DNA from: a virus
Taxonomy: Duplodnaviria; Caudoviricetes
Length of the DNA stretch: 53,462 nucleotides
Strand: one strand, 5' to 3'
Virus record (IMG/VR): IMGVR_UViG_3300021088_000015
Span: 1-53,462 of that record
Shown here: positions 43,168 to 52,560 of the stretch, one piece after another
Layout: every line of letters begins with the position of its first letter
How positions within the stretch are numbered: position 1 is the first letter of the stretch
The notes under the pieces: generated by a model
The model's database searches: none
Told to the model about the DNA's origin: nothing
The model's input: the letters and a program-made list of their open reading frames with translations, nothing else
Made by a program: the position numbers and the translations under genes

Positions 43168-46007
43168 CAGTGCTTCCCGAGGACGGCCTGGACGTTCCCG
43201 CCGCGCACCCGGATGCCGTGGCGGAGCATCAGGATCAGCGCCTGTTCCAGGGGGGTGCCGCCGGACTTGAAGTCGAACTCCACGATGATCTTCGAGGTGC
43301 CGTAGTAGTGGCGACTGCGCCGGTGATGGTGCGTGGTGCGGTGATGCGTCGTGCGGTGGTGGGTGGTGCGGGCACCTGACGCGGTCGTGCTCAGCGCGGT
43401 ACCGGCGGCCCCGGCCACCGACGACCCCAGCGCCGCGAGGGTCTCCGACACGTGCACCAGGCCGCCCCTGCCCTGGAACGCCCTGCCGATCGCGTTCTCG
43501 GGGTTGGCGTGCAGACGCACCGGGCCGGGCAAGCCCGCGTGGACCTCCTTCGCGACCTTCCCGATCGCGGCCCCGGCGATCCAGCTGCTGGCGGAGATGC
43601 CGTCGGCCAGCCGGGCCACGATCGTCTTCCCGGAAACCGCGGGGTCCCCGTCCCCCGACAGCGGCCCCTCCTTGGCCGGGGAATGCGGCAGGAAACCCAT
43701 GATCTTCGACGCGATGCCGGACATGCTGTTGCCGACCGAGCCGATCATGCTGCCGATCCCGTCGATCAGCCCCTGGACGATCTTGGCCCCGGATTTGTAG
43801 AGCCACTGTCCGACGTCACCGAGCGCGTGCACGATCCTGCCCGACAGGCCCCGAAACCAGCCGACCGCGTCCGCGAGCTTCGATGAAATGGCCGAGACGC
43901 AGTCGCCCAGCCATTTGCGGAACATGCCCGACAAACCCTCGAACCAGTGCACTACGGCTTTCACCTTGTCGACCATCCAGTTGAACCAGTGGTGGATGCC
44001 CTTCATCATGTCCGGGATAATGGAATGGCCGACCAGTTCGTCGTACAACCATTTGAAGAAGTCGTAGACCTTTTTAACGAGCCACTCGATGCCTTGCGCG
44101 AGTTTCTTTATCACCCACGCCGTCAATTCGATGATCTTCGCCCAGGCCTCGACGTAAAAGGTGCCGAATTTCGCCACAACGGTCATGATCTTGGTGACCG
44201 CAGGCACCAAAGGAATGAACGCCTCCAGCAATTTCGCCAGCGACGGGATCAGCGGAATGAGCGCGACCGCCATATCCGCGAAAGCCTTCGCCAGCTTCGG
44301 CAGGTGCGGTGCCAGGTCGGCGAGAACTTTCCCGAGCTGCTTACCGAGCGCATTCGCGATCTTCACCGCCGCCTCACCGAGCGGCTTGAGCGCCGGGAGC
44401 AGGGTCTTCATCAGGTCGGAGCCGAGTTTGAAAATGATCGGCAGCAGCGGCGCCGCGGCGGTCAGCATCTGACCGAGGTATTTGCCGAGGTCGGAGATGC
44501 CCTTCTGGACCACGGGGTTCGCGAGCGCCTTGTTCAACGCGTCCGCGATCGGGGTGATGGCCGGGAGCAGCGCCGACCCGAACGTAATCGCCAGCGCCTG
44601 CACCGTCCCCTGCAGGCGCTTGAACGCCGCCTCACTGGTCGCCGACGCCGTGGCGCTGTCCTTCCCCAGGCTTTTAGCGCCAGCGGCCATGACCGGGTAT
44701 TTGGAGTTCACCCTGTCGATCTGGCCGACCAGGACACCGATCCCCGCACCCGCCTTCTTCCCGAACAGTTCGGTGATGATCAGACCCTGCTCCTTGGCTG
44801 TGATTCCCACCTTCTTCATGTGGCCGACCAGGTCGTTCAACGCCAGCTTCACGCCACCTTTCTGCAGGTCCTTGTTCAGCTGGTCGGAGGACATCCCCAG
44901 CTTCGTCAAAGCGGGCCCGGCCGATGACGCCTGGTGGGCTAGCGACTGAACGGCCATCCGCATCTGGGTGCCCGCTACGGCGCCCCGGATGTTGTTGTCG
45001 CCGAACGTCGCCAACATCGCTGCGACGTCCTGGATAGACGCGCCGTACCCCTTCATGTTCGCGATGGACCCGCCCCCGAACGCCTTGTTCAGGTCCTTCA
45101 TGTGCATGTCACCCGCACCGACCAGCGCCGACAGCGACCCCATCGCGGCTGACATGTTCTCGGTGCCGGGCAGGCCCGTCGCGATGGCTGCCGTCAGCGC
45201 GTTCGTGGTCTCCACCAGGTCCGCGCCGCCGATGCGGGCACCCTGCGCGGCGATCCGCACCATTTCGAGGGCTTTCGGCGCCTTGATGCCCAGCGAGGCG
45301 AACGACGACTCCACGTGGTACAGCGACTCGGCGAGGGACGTCGGTGACTGCCCGACCTGCCCGGCCAGTTGCAAAACGCCCGTGTTCAGGTCGGCGAACT
45401 GGCCTTTGGCGACATGCGCCTGTGTCAGCAGCTGCGTCATCTGCGCCTGGAACTTCATGGCCTTGTCGACCGAGTACGCGGCGGCGGCACCGAAGCCGAG
45501 CGTCCCCACCTTCATGAGCTCCATGGCCTTCGCCGCCATGCCGCCCGTCCGCGACAGCAGGGACGTCTCCTCGCTGGCCCTCTTCGTCTTCCCGGCGGCG
45601 ACCATCTGCGAGTCCCCGGCTTTACGGGCCGCGTCGGCCTGGAGGATCTGCTGGCGCTCCAGCGCCCGCGACGCCCGCACCGACATGTCGGTGGCCTTCA
45701 CCGCGTCCGCCTGCGCCTTCGCCTCGATCTTCGCGGCGTCGGCGGCGGAGATCTCACCGCGGGCGAGCTTGTCGGCCGCGTCCGCCGCGAGCTTGCTGGA
45801 CGCCGCCGCCCGCTCGGACGCGGAAGCCGCCGCCGACAGCGCACGCTTCGCGCTGTCACCCGCCATTGCGGCTGCCAGGCCGGCGCGCCGCATCGCCAGG
45901 GCCATCTCGTCGGTTTTGGCCTTCAGCACGTCGGTGTCGGCGCGGGCGGACGCGAACGCCTGCTTGGCCAAGTTCCTGCCCATGACGACGATCTCGATCT
46001 CAGCCAT
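43167..46007 (-). CDS. Tape measure protein
   Basis: 946 aa, Ala-rich helical, TP901-type core, aromatic periodic C-terminus, VGHSIIPD and LPHSPAKEGPLSG. Confidence 0.92.
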   Translation of the reverse strand: MAEIEIVVMGRNLAKQAFASARADTDVLKAKTDEMALAMRRAGLAAAMAGDSAKRALSAAASASERAAASSKLAADAADKLARGEISAADAAKIEAKAQADAVKATDMSVRASRALERQQILQADAARKAGDSQMVAAGKTKRASEETSLLSRTGGMAAKAMELMKVGTLGFGAAAAYSVDKAMKFQAQMTQLLTQAHVAKGQFADLNTGVLQLAGQVGQSPTSLAESLYHVESSFASLGIKAPKALEMVRIAAQGARIGGADLVETTNALTAAIATGLPGTENMSAAMGSLSALVGAGDMHMKDLNKAFGGGSIANMKGYGASIQDVAAMLATFGDNNIRGAVAGTQMRMAVQSLAHQASSAGPALTKLGMSSDQLNKDLQKGGVKLALNDLVGHMKKVGITAKEQGLIITELFGKKAGAGIGVLVGQIDRVNSKYPVMAAGAKSLGKDSATASATSEAAFKRLQGTVQALAITFGSALLPAITPIADALNKALANPVVQKGISDLGKYLGQMLTAAAPLLPIIFKLGSDLMKTLLPALKPLGEAAVKIANALGKQLGKVLADLAPHLPKLAKAFADMAVALIPLIPSLAKLLEAFIPLVPAVTKIMTVVAKFGTFYVEAWAKIIELTAWVIKKLAQGIEWLVKKVYDFFKWLYDELVGHSIIPDMMKGIHHWFNWMVDKVKAVVHWFEGLSGMFRKWLGDCVSAISSKLADAVGWFRGLSGRIVHALGDVGQWLYKSGAKIVQGLIDGIGSMIGSVGNSMSGIASKIMGFLPHSPAKEGPLSGDGDPAVSGKTIVARLADGISASSWIAGAAIGKVAKEVHAGLPGPVRLHANPENAIGRAFQGRGGLVHVSETLAALGSSVAGAAGTALSTTASGARTTHHRTTHHRTTHHHRRSRHYYGTSKIIVEFDFKSGGTPLEQALILMLRHGIRVRGGNVQAVLGKH

Positions 46008-46571
46008 ACAGGTCCGCCTCCTCTCCGTACTCGTCCGGGCCGTTCTCGTCGGGCCGGGCCCGCTCGACCATTCGCACCATGCGGATCAGCTCCGCGTCCT
46101 CCTTGTAGAGCTCGCTCGGCAGGCACCTGAACCGGTCGCACAGGCCGATGATCAGCTGGGCGCGCGCTAGCTCAGCAGGGCAGGTGACAACACCTCCATC
46201 GGCATCGACGCCTCCAGGGTTGTCTCGCCAGAGGTCGATCCGTGCTCCAAAGGGGCCGCGATGCCCTCCACGGCGAGCATCCAGGCGCCGATGATCTCCA
46301 TGACGAAATCGGCGTCCAGGTCGATCAGGGCGTCGGGGGTGATCGGGACGGGCCGGTCGGCGTCGTCTTCGAGGTTCCAGTCGGAGAGCATTCCGGCGAA
46401 GGCGACGAGCATGGTCCGCAGGTCGGCGAGGCTCTTGTTCTCCCGCGCGGCGATTTCGGTGATCTCGGCGTACTCGCCGACCGATGGCTTCCGGGCGTGG
46501 ACGATCAGCCCTTCGAATTCGGGGTCGTCGAACACGAGCTTGTACGTCTGCTTCTTGCGCTTGTAGCCCAT
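46000..46571 (-). CDS. Tail assembly chaperone (46167..46571) with -1 frameshift extension to 46000
   Basis: Slippery C CCT TTG at 46248-46254; -1 frame has LCDRFRCLPSEL..ED and is open up to the TMP start. Confidence 0.8.
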
Positions 46572-46576
46572 GCCGG

Positions 46577-46984
46577 TCAGCTCCAGAGGGGTACAACGCC
46601 GTTGGACAGCGACCCGGGAACGGCAAAGGTGAGGTCGCCTGAGGTGGCGCGGGTGAGGGTGTAGTCGGTGAGGATCACCGTCGGCGCGAGGGTCTTGCCG
46701 TTGGTGACGATGGTGACCAGCCGGGGCACCGACGTGGACGGGATGGTTTTGAACACGTCGTGTGCCATGTTCGCCGCCGGGTCGAATACGCCGTTCATGG
46801 TGACCGTGAGGTCGGCGAGGGTGAGAAGCCGCTCGAACGCACTCTTGTCGATGCCGGTGACGTCCTGGACGCCCCTGGGGGTCGCGAATGCAACGTTGGT
46901 GAAGTCGTTCTTGATGGCCTGCTGGGCGTTCGACGCGTCGTCCACTGAGAACGTCGTCCAGCCCAATCCGGTAACTTTGGAAAT
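46577..46984 (-). CDS. Major tail tube protein (probable ATT start)
   Basis: Directly upstream of chaperone; AGGAGG-9nt-ATT; paralogous to 48120..49067. Confidence 0.75.
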   Translation of the reverse strand: MSKVTGLGWTTFSVDDASNAQQAIKNDFTNVAFATPRGVQDVTGIDKSAFERLLTLADLTVTMNGVFDPAANMAHDVFKTIPSTSVPRLVTIVTNGKTLAPTVILTDYTLTRATSGDLTFAVPGSLSNGVVPLWS

Positions 46985-47061
46985 GGCTACTGCCCTCCTA
47001 TACTCGTTGCGCTGACCTGCGCATTTGTTGGGTAGTCCACCCCAGCGTTATACTCTCGACC

Positions 47062-47649
47062 ATGACAGTAAAGGGTGGACATCACACCGAAGAGACCAAG
47101 AAGCAGATCTCCGAGGCGAAGCGACACGAGAAGAATCGGCAGCCTCTCCAGCCGCTTCTGTGTGCGTGCGGATGCGGCGAATACGCGGCCGTCGACGAAC
47201 GCCGCAACCGCGTCAGCAAGTACGTCTCCGGCCACAACGCGAAGGTCGCGCACCCCATGCAGGGCAAGAACCACACCGAAGAGACCAAGGCCCGGCTCGC
47301 CAGCTACACGGGCGAAGCGACGTCGGCCTACAAGCACGGCTGGTCCCGCACCTCGACCTACAAATCGTGGGCCTCGATGATCGGCCGGTGCCTGGATGTC
47401 GGTAACGCGTCGTACCCGAGTTACGGCGGCCGGGGCATTACGGTCTGCGAGCGGTGGCTGAAGTTCGAAGACTTCCTCGAAGACATGGGCGAGCGGCCGT
47501 CTCGTGACTATCAGATCGACCGCCGCGACCCGGACGGGAACTACGAAACCGCCAACTGCCGATGGATCACCAGAGCCGAGAACAACGCTCGGCGCAAGGA
47601 TCCGGGCGGCTGGGCTGCGCGGCGCGCGAAGGAGGTCAATCAACGCTGA
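47062..47649 (+). CDS. NUMOD3-HNH homing endonuclease inserted antisense in tail operon
   Basis: HTEETK x2, CACGCG, SW.SM..RC, YGGRGITVCERW, IDRRD.DGNY...NCRW; TATACT 7 nt before ATG. Confidence 0.88.
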   Translation: MTVKGGHHTEETKKQISEAKRHEKNRQPLQPLLCACGCGEYAAVDERRNRVSKYVSGHNAKVAHPMQGKNHTEETKARLASYTGEATSAYKHGWSRTSTYKSWASMIGRCLDVGNASYPSYGGRGITVCERWLKFEDFLEDMGERPSRDYQIDRRDPDGNYETANCRWITRAENNARRKDPGGWAARRAKEVNQR

Positions 47650-48114
47650 TCAGCCCCTTTCGATCCGGTCGGTGAGGTTCTGCTGGTTTTCGGCGAATTC
47701 CTCGGTCCAGAACTCGGGCCTGGTGTGCTGGTACGGCTGCTGCCCGGAGGTCGGCCTCCACCGCCAATCACCCGGATGGGTCAGGAACAGCTCCGGCCGT
47801 TCGACCCGCACCCGGTGGGCGTCGGAGCCGAAGCACCGCTGCCCGGCCTCGAACGTGAACACCGTCAGGCCCGTCGCGTCACGGTCCTCGGTGAAGCGGC
47901 GGCCGGACTCCTTGCGGATGTAGTACGCCTGCGCCATCCCCCGCTCGGTGCGCTCGTCGACGCGGGTCCGGAACCCGTTCAGGTAGTGCGGGCAGTCCGC
48001 TTCCACGCAGGTCGCCTTGCGGAAGTGGGTTTTCAGCGGCGCGACGATCTGGAACGTCTTGTACGCCCCGGACGGCAACGCGGGCGGCAGCCGCTGACCC
48101 TGCGGGCTCGGCAT
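47650..48114 (-). CDS. Hypothetical tail-region protein
   Basis: ATC.E.DC...GQRCF...H; 154 aa. Confidence 0.7.
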   Translation of the reverse strand: MPSPQGQRLPPALPSGAYKTFQIVAPLKTHFRKATCVEADCPHYLNGFRTRVDERTERGMAQAYYIRKESGRRFTEDRDATGLTVFTFEAGQRCFGSDAHRVRVERPELFLTHPGDWRWRPTSGQQPYQHTRPEFWTEEFAENQQNLTDRIERG

Positions 48115-48119
48115 GGTCA

Positions 48120-49067
48120 CTAGAACGTCACCGCAGACGTATTGCGGACCAGCACCACGCTGAACGTCGCGGACGTGAACCCGCCCGTCGTGACCGTCGA
48201 GGCGCGCACATACCGGCGCACCGTCGCGGTGCCACCCACCGCGATCCGCTGAGCCTGCGCGGTCGCCGCGATCTGCGCGAATGCGCCGCCGGCCAGATCC
48301 GCGAACGTCACGTTGTCCGCGGAGTCCTGCAACTTCACGGTCACATCCGTGCCGACGAACCCTGTCACCTGCAGGTACGCCTGAAACCCGAACGCCGGCG
48401 CGTACTGCCACGACCAGGTGGGCGCGACGGTGTACGTCATGGAGATCGTCTGACCGGGCAGCACCGGGTACGTGCCGGCCCCGGCGCCCACGGTGGCGCC
48501 GTTGACGCTGACGTTCGTCATCGTCCCGCCGGTGATCACGACCTGCACCGGGTAGCCGCTGGTGTTGGTGACCGGCGTGCCCGAGGCCGGGACGGCCGGC
48601 GTGGTCAGGCCTGGCGCGCCGTCGAGAGAGGCACCGCTGGTCGCGACCGTGTCGGTCCGCAAACCGGCGGTGAGCTGCACGCCCCATTCCAGCCCGTATG
48701 CGTTGCTCTGCATGGCCACGGCGAAGGTGTAGTCACCGGCCGTTGACCTGGTCGGGTTGTAGTCGATCTGCTTCGCGACCATGCACGCCCCGGGGTTGCC
48801 GAGGGTGGTGCCGCGCGCATAGGTGCAGATCACATCGGCGGTGGGCAGCGATGACAGGATCGGGTGGGCGCCGGTGGGGTTGTAGTAGGTGACGAAGTCG
48901 ATGCCGCCATTGCGGAGACCGCCCAGCCGCTCAAAGGCGGACTCGTTGATGCCGGTCACGTCGATCAGGGCCGGGCCGCCGCTGATCTTCCCGAGCGAAT
49001 TGGTGTCGCCGGAAAGGTCGTTGCCGCCCACATAAAAATTGTCGCCCAACCCGGTTTGTTTGGCCAT
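48120..49067 (-). CDS. Tail-tube-like protein with C-terminal extension
   Basis: MAKQTGLG, DVTGINESAFERL shared with tail tube. Confidence 0.75.
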   Translation of the reverse strand: MAKQTGLGDNFYVGGNDLSGDTNSLGKISGGPALIDVTGINESAFERLGGLRNGGIDFVTYYNPTGAHPILSSLPTADVICTYARGTTLGNPGACMVAKQIDYNPTRSTAGDYTFAVAMQSNAYGLEWGVQLTAGLRTDTVATSGASLDGAPGLTTPAVPASGTPVTNTSGYPVQVVITGGTMTNVSVNGATVGAGAGTYPVLPGQTISMTYTVAPTWSWQYAPAFGFQAYLQVTGFVGTDVTVKLQDSADNVTFADLAGGAFAQIAATAQAQRIAVGGTATVRRYVRASTVTTGGFTSATFSVVLVRNTSAVTF

Positions 49068-49525
49068 TACGCCACCTGGTTCCAGAGGTCATTGATAATC
49101 ATAGGTAGAGTGATGTCCATAATGCGGAACATTTGCTTTTCGATCGTCACGTACCCGGCGACCGCCGCCAGGGGGGTACCGGCCTGCCCGAGCAGGTCGA
49201 TCTCACGGACCTGCCCCTCCAAGGTGAAAGCGCCGCTGTAGGCCGCCATCAGGGCATCGACGGCGCCCAGGAGGTCGGTGTCGATCTGCCCGTACGGCAA
49301 CGCCAGCATCGGCTTGAGGACCCGCACCTTCAGCACGAGCCGCACCGAGGTGACCGACAGCCCCGAGGACGCCGCGACTGCCCCCATCTGGTCGGCCCAG
49401 ATCGCAACCGACAGGCCCTTGCCGGGCGCGTTCTTCGGCTCGTTGGTGTTGACCCGCTCGAACAGGCCCAGCTGCTCGGCGTGCGATTCGACCGACGCGA
49501 TGATCCCTGCGACGCTGAGGCTCAC
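49067..49525 (-). CDS. Tail terminator-like protein
   Basis: Position; EPKNAP...II.D.W.Q. Confidence 0.6.
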   Translation of the reverse strand: MSLSVAGIIASVESHAEQLGLFERVNTNEPKNAPGKGLSVAIWADQMGAVAASSGLSVTSVRLVLKVRVLKPMLALPYGQIDTDLLGAVDALMAAYSGAFTLEGQVREIDLLGQAGTPLAAVAGYVTIEKQMFRIMDITLPMIINDLWNQVA

Positions 49526-49914
49526 CGGTTCACCGCCTCGATGTAGCGGACCAGCGCGGGCTCCACCAGGGCCGCCGTTTTCGCTTCGACTTCCTGCCGG
49601 GCCCGCCTGAACGAGAAGTACCCCTTGAAGCGGGTGGTCGCGTTCCTGCTGCCGACGCCCTCCAGCCATGGCCCGTACACGACCATGGCGTCATTGACCA
49701 CCCGGTCCAGGCCGCGGTGGGCGATGTTGATCTGCGCCTGGTAGTACGGCGGCTGAGACGGGTTCTGGATGGATCCGGCCAGGTTCCGGTCGACGGCTTC
49801 GTCGGCGAACGCGGCGACCAGGTCGATGGCGTCGTCGATGAAGACCTGCACCTGGATGTTCGCGCGCCCGTCGAACAGCGGCCCGCGTGCGATGACCTGC
49901 ACTTCCTCAGCCAT
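49522..49914 (-). CDS. Neck/tail completion protein
   Basis: VYGPWLEG.GSRN..TRFKGY..FRRA; position. Confidence 0.65.
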   Translation of the reverse strand: MAEEVQVIARGPLFDGRANIQVQVFIDDAIDLVAAFADEAVDRNLAGSIQNPSQPPYYQAQINIAHRGLDRVVNDAMVVYGPWLEGVGSRNATTRFKGYFSFRRARQEVEAKTAALVEPALVRYIEAVNR

Positions 49915-49915
49915 G

Positions 49916-50977
49916 TCAGATCACCCGCTTGCGGTTCTTGCGCCCGTAGGCGGTTTCGGCTTCGTCCCACAGGTCGGCCAGGGCGGAGCCGCGGCCGTGG
50001 ATGGCGCCGCCGCCCTCACCTTGCGGATCGGAGTAGCCGCCGGTCTCGGCCAGCACCCGGTTGGTGGCCTCAGCGATCGCCAGATCCCGGATCAGGGTCG
50101 GGACGCGGGAGATGCTGGCCGGGGCGGCGATCAGGTGCGTGGCGGCCGTGGTGCCGAGCTGCCCGCGCGCCACCGTCAAGGTGCGGAACGCGTAGATGTG
50201 CGTGCCGGTGGAGTGGGTGGCCAGGTTTGTGCCGTCCCACGCCCTTTTGACCGTCAGCACGTTGCCGGTGATGTCGGCGATGAGCATCCGCTCGGAGTCC
50301 ATCTGGATGACCTCGTCCAGATGGACCTGGGTGGCGTCGGGGACGGTGATGGCGACGTCGGCCTGGCTGGCGGTGGTTCCGCCGGCCGTGTTGGTCTGCC
50401 CGGTGTCGACGGTGGACCGGCCCGATACCAGCATCCGCTCCGAATCGACGATCAGCAGGTCGCCGACACCGACCAGTGACCCGTCGGAGATGGTCGCGGT
50501 GGTCGCGGTGGTGGAGCCGATCGCGGCGGCGAGCGTCCCGGCCGGGTCGGTGGCGGTCCAGTACCCGAACGTGCCGGTGATGGCGATGTCGCGCTGCGGT
50601 GTGCTGCCGACGCCGAACGCGTAGTTCATGTCCCGGCGCAGCTCCAGGTAGGTGTACGGCGGCCCGGAGTTGGCCGGCTCGAAGTTGCACGCAGACAGGG
50701 GGATGGTCGTGCCGCCGGACGTCACCAGGGTGGGGATCGCCGCGAGCTCCCAGGCATCCAGCCACAGACGCCAGGGATAGGCGTACTGGAACGACGGGAA
50801 GTCCCACTTCCGGGTGGCGTCCTCGGGGTAGAACCGGCGGTGCATGTGGCCTTCGATGTTGCGGGCCGCGCTCTGGATGGCCCGGTCGATCTGCCAGTTG
50901 TTACGCGCGGTCTCGCGCATGTCGGTCGACCGCTTCACGTCCTCGCGGGTGCAGTAGCAGGGCGTCGTCACGGCCAT
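49916..50977 (-). CDS. Head-to-tail adaptor with inserted repeated beta domains
   Basis: YCTREDVK, IE....RRFYP, duplicated DSERML. Confidence 0.7.
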   Translation of the reverse strand: MAVTTPCYCTREDVKRSTDMRETARNNWQIDRAIQSAARNIEGHMHRRFYPEDATRKWDFPSFQYAYPWRLWLDAWELAAIPTLVTSGGTTIPLSACNFEPANSGPPYTYLELRRDMNYAFGVGSTPQRDIAITGTFGYWTATDPAGTLAAAIGSTTATTATISDGSLVGVGDLLIVDSERMLVSGRSTVDTGQTNTAGGTTASQADVAITVPDATQVHLDEVIQMDSERMLIADITGNVLTVKRAWDGTNLATHSTGTHIYAFRTLTVARGQLGTTAATHLIAAPASISRVPTLIRDLAIAEATNRVLAETGGYSDPQGEGGGAIHGRGSALADLWDEAETAYGRKNRKRVI

Positions 50978-51519
50978 GTGATTGCCCACGCTTCGTCAGC
51001 GGCGGCCAGGAGCCCGCACGGCACTGGCCGCCATTGCCCCCAGGTCCACACGCCGTGCCCGTCTACTGTGACGGCGTGCCGTTCGGCCAGGTCCACGCCG
51101 AGCACGACGCCGGCGGCGAAGAGCGTGGCGGGGCGGGCGTCGAGCGGGCGGACCCCGGCCAGCCCGTACATCGCGGCGGCCTCGATGGTTTCCCACAGGC
51201 CCGCCCCCGCGTCGGGGTCGTCGCTGGTGAGCCAGTACAGGTCGAGGACGTCCTGGTCGCTCACCGGTCGGCCGGACAGGCGCAGGGAGGCGGCGAGGGC
51301 TTCGGCGGCGCAGCAGGCCACGTCAGTGTTGGGTGACCATTTCGACGGGGTCGGGTGCCCGGAGTGGCGGGCGACGGCATGCACGTGAGCGGCATGCGCG
51401 CCCGCCGCCTGCCACTTCTTACGGGCAGCCTGCTGCGCCGCGCTCGGGCGGTGCTTGCCCGTGCCCGCGTGCTTTCCGCCACCCGCGTGCTTGCGGGTAT
51501 GCCCGGCTGCGCCTTTCAT
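50968..51519 (-). CDS. Papain-fold-like protein with basic His/Lys-rich N-terminus
   Basis: DVACCAAEA...HAVTV...VWTWG. Confidence 0.45.
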   Translation of the reverse strand: MKGAAGHTRKHAGGGKHAGTGKHRPSAAQQAARKKWQAAGAHAAHVHAVARHSGHPTPSKWSPNTDVACCAAEALAASLRLSGRPVSDQDVLDLYWLTSDDPDAGAGLWETIEAAAMYGLAGVRPLDARPATLFAAGVVLGVDLAERHAVTVDGHGVWTWGQWRPVPCGLLAAADEAWAITWP

Positions 51520-51607
51520 GTCACCCCCTCCTGGTCCCTTGCTTTCTTGGCCGACAGCCCGAGGGCTGTGGGATTGGGTCGTATGAAGTTGTCGGCCTCG
51601 CGAGGAG

Positions 51608-52078
51608 CTACGTGGTCACCTCAGGGGGGTCCGCTGTAGGAGCCGGGACCTTCGGAGACGCCGTCGAAGAGGCCCGCCGGCGGCTCCGGGCGGACCCAGT
51701 CGCGGGGCCACTGCCATCCGTCGAAGGTGCACCACCAGATGCCGGGCTGGCTGGGGGGTCCTGGGGCGAGGGGCTGTCCGTCGAGAGGGCAGGCGAGGGG
51801 GGGCCCGATGACGTTGGGGTCTTGTTCCCATTCGAGTCGGGCGGTCTTTCGGATGTCGAGGAGCTGGTACCAGCTGATACGTCCTCACTCCCTTCGGGCG
51901 GGATGTAGCCGACCTCGCCGGGCAGCGCGTCGGCGTTGGACGGCCCTCCGGCGACGGTGATCCTCGGCACGTCGTGTTCCTCCCAGTCGAATCGGTGCTC
52001 GGTGCTGCCGCACTGCGGGCATGCCTCCAGGCCGACCGCGAAGGCGGTCGTGCACTGGAGACACACCTGCAGGGACAT
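51608..52078 (-). CDS. Zn-ribbon protein with low-complexity tail
   Basis: CLQC...CPQCGS; PRITVAGGPSN. Confidence 0.65.
   Translation of the reverse strand: MSLQVCLQCTTAFAVGLEACPQCGSTEHRFDWEEHDVPRITVAGGPSNADALPGEVGYIPPEGSEDVSAGTSSSTSERPPDSNGNKTPTSSGPPSPALSTDSPSPQDPPASPASGGAPSTDGSGPATGSARSRRRASSTASPKVPAPTADPPEVTT
51621..51878 (-). CDS. Nested out-of-frame gene with probable ATC start (85 aa)
   Basis: ISWYQLLDIR...PPLACPLDGQPL...CTFDGWQWPRDW; mostly G/C third positions; GGGAG/GAGG upstream. Confidence 0.6.
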   Translation of the reverse strand: MSWYQLLDIRKTARLEWEQDPNVIGPPLACPLDGQPLAPGPPSQPGIWWCTFDGWQWPRDWVRPEPPAGLFDGVSEGPGSYSGPP

Positions 52079-52557
52079 CAGGCCGTCGCCACCACTTGCG
52101 CGCCGATGTCCAGCGGCACATAGAACAGGTCGTACTTCAGGGCCCCGGTGGACGCCGCCCCGAAGGTGACCGAGATGCTGCCCGGAGGCACCACCGCTTC
52201 CACGTTCGGCAGGTCGGTGTACCCCGCCAGCGACTTCACCAGCGCCGTCGCCGCCGCCGGAGGGTTGGCCAGGGTGATGCGGCCGCCGACCTCCAGGGCG
52301 TTGATGTCGGTGGTCGCCGCGGACAGGAGAATCGCCGACCCGACCAGCGGCGTCGACGTCATCGACACCGTGGTGGCGATCGCCTGGATGACCGTGGTCA
52401 CCTCGCCGACGATCGCGCGGAGCAGGATGCGGCCACCGGTGATGGTGAACAGGTTGCCGGAGGCGAGCGGCGTGTTGCCGGACGCGGTGGACGGGCGGCT
52501 GACCAGGATGCCCTTCTCGATCAGCCGCACCTGGGCGTTCGCGATGAGAGTCGTCAT
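52078..52557 (-). CDS. Virion structural protein (decoration-like)
   Basis: Beta-rich; second gene after capsid. Confidence 0.65.
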   Translation of the reverse strand: MTTLIANAQVRLIEKGILVSRPSTASGNTPLASGNLFTITGGRILLRAIVGEVTTVIQAIATTVSMTSTPLVGSAILLSAATTDINALEVGGRITLANPPAAATALVKSLAGYTDLPNVEAVVPPGSISVTFGAASTGALKYDLFYVPLDIGAQVVATA

Positions 52558-52560
52558 GGC

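Noticed and set aside
41942-43305. Long alternative-frame and antisense ORFs (here and throughout the ORF track)
   Set aside because: Arg/Pro/Gly-rich shadows expected in high-GC DNA, overlapping well-supported genes
43168-43806. N-terminal extension of the 1139-aa tail ORF
   Set aside because: Overlaps the tape measure gene out of frame; the real start is the coupled ATG at 43167
26886-47020. Recurring GCAGGTCA/TGACCTGC octamer in intergenic regions (26886, 30070, 33770, 37255, 47013)
   Set aside because: Also occurs inside coding regions, and enrichment cannot be established without counting
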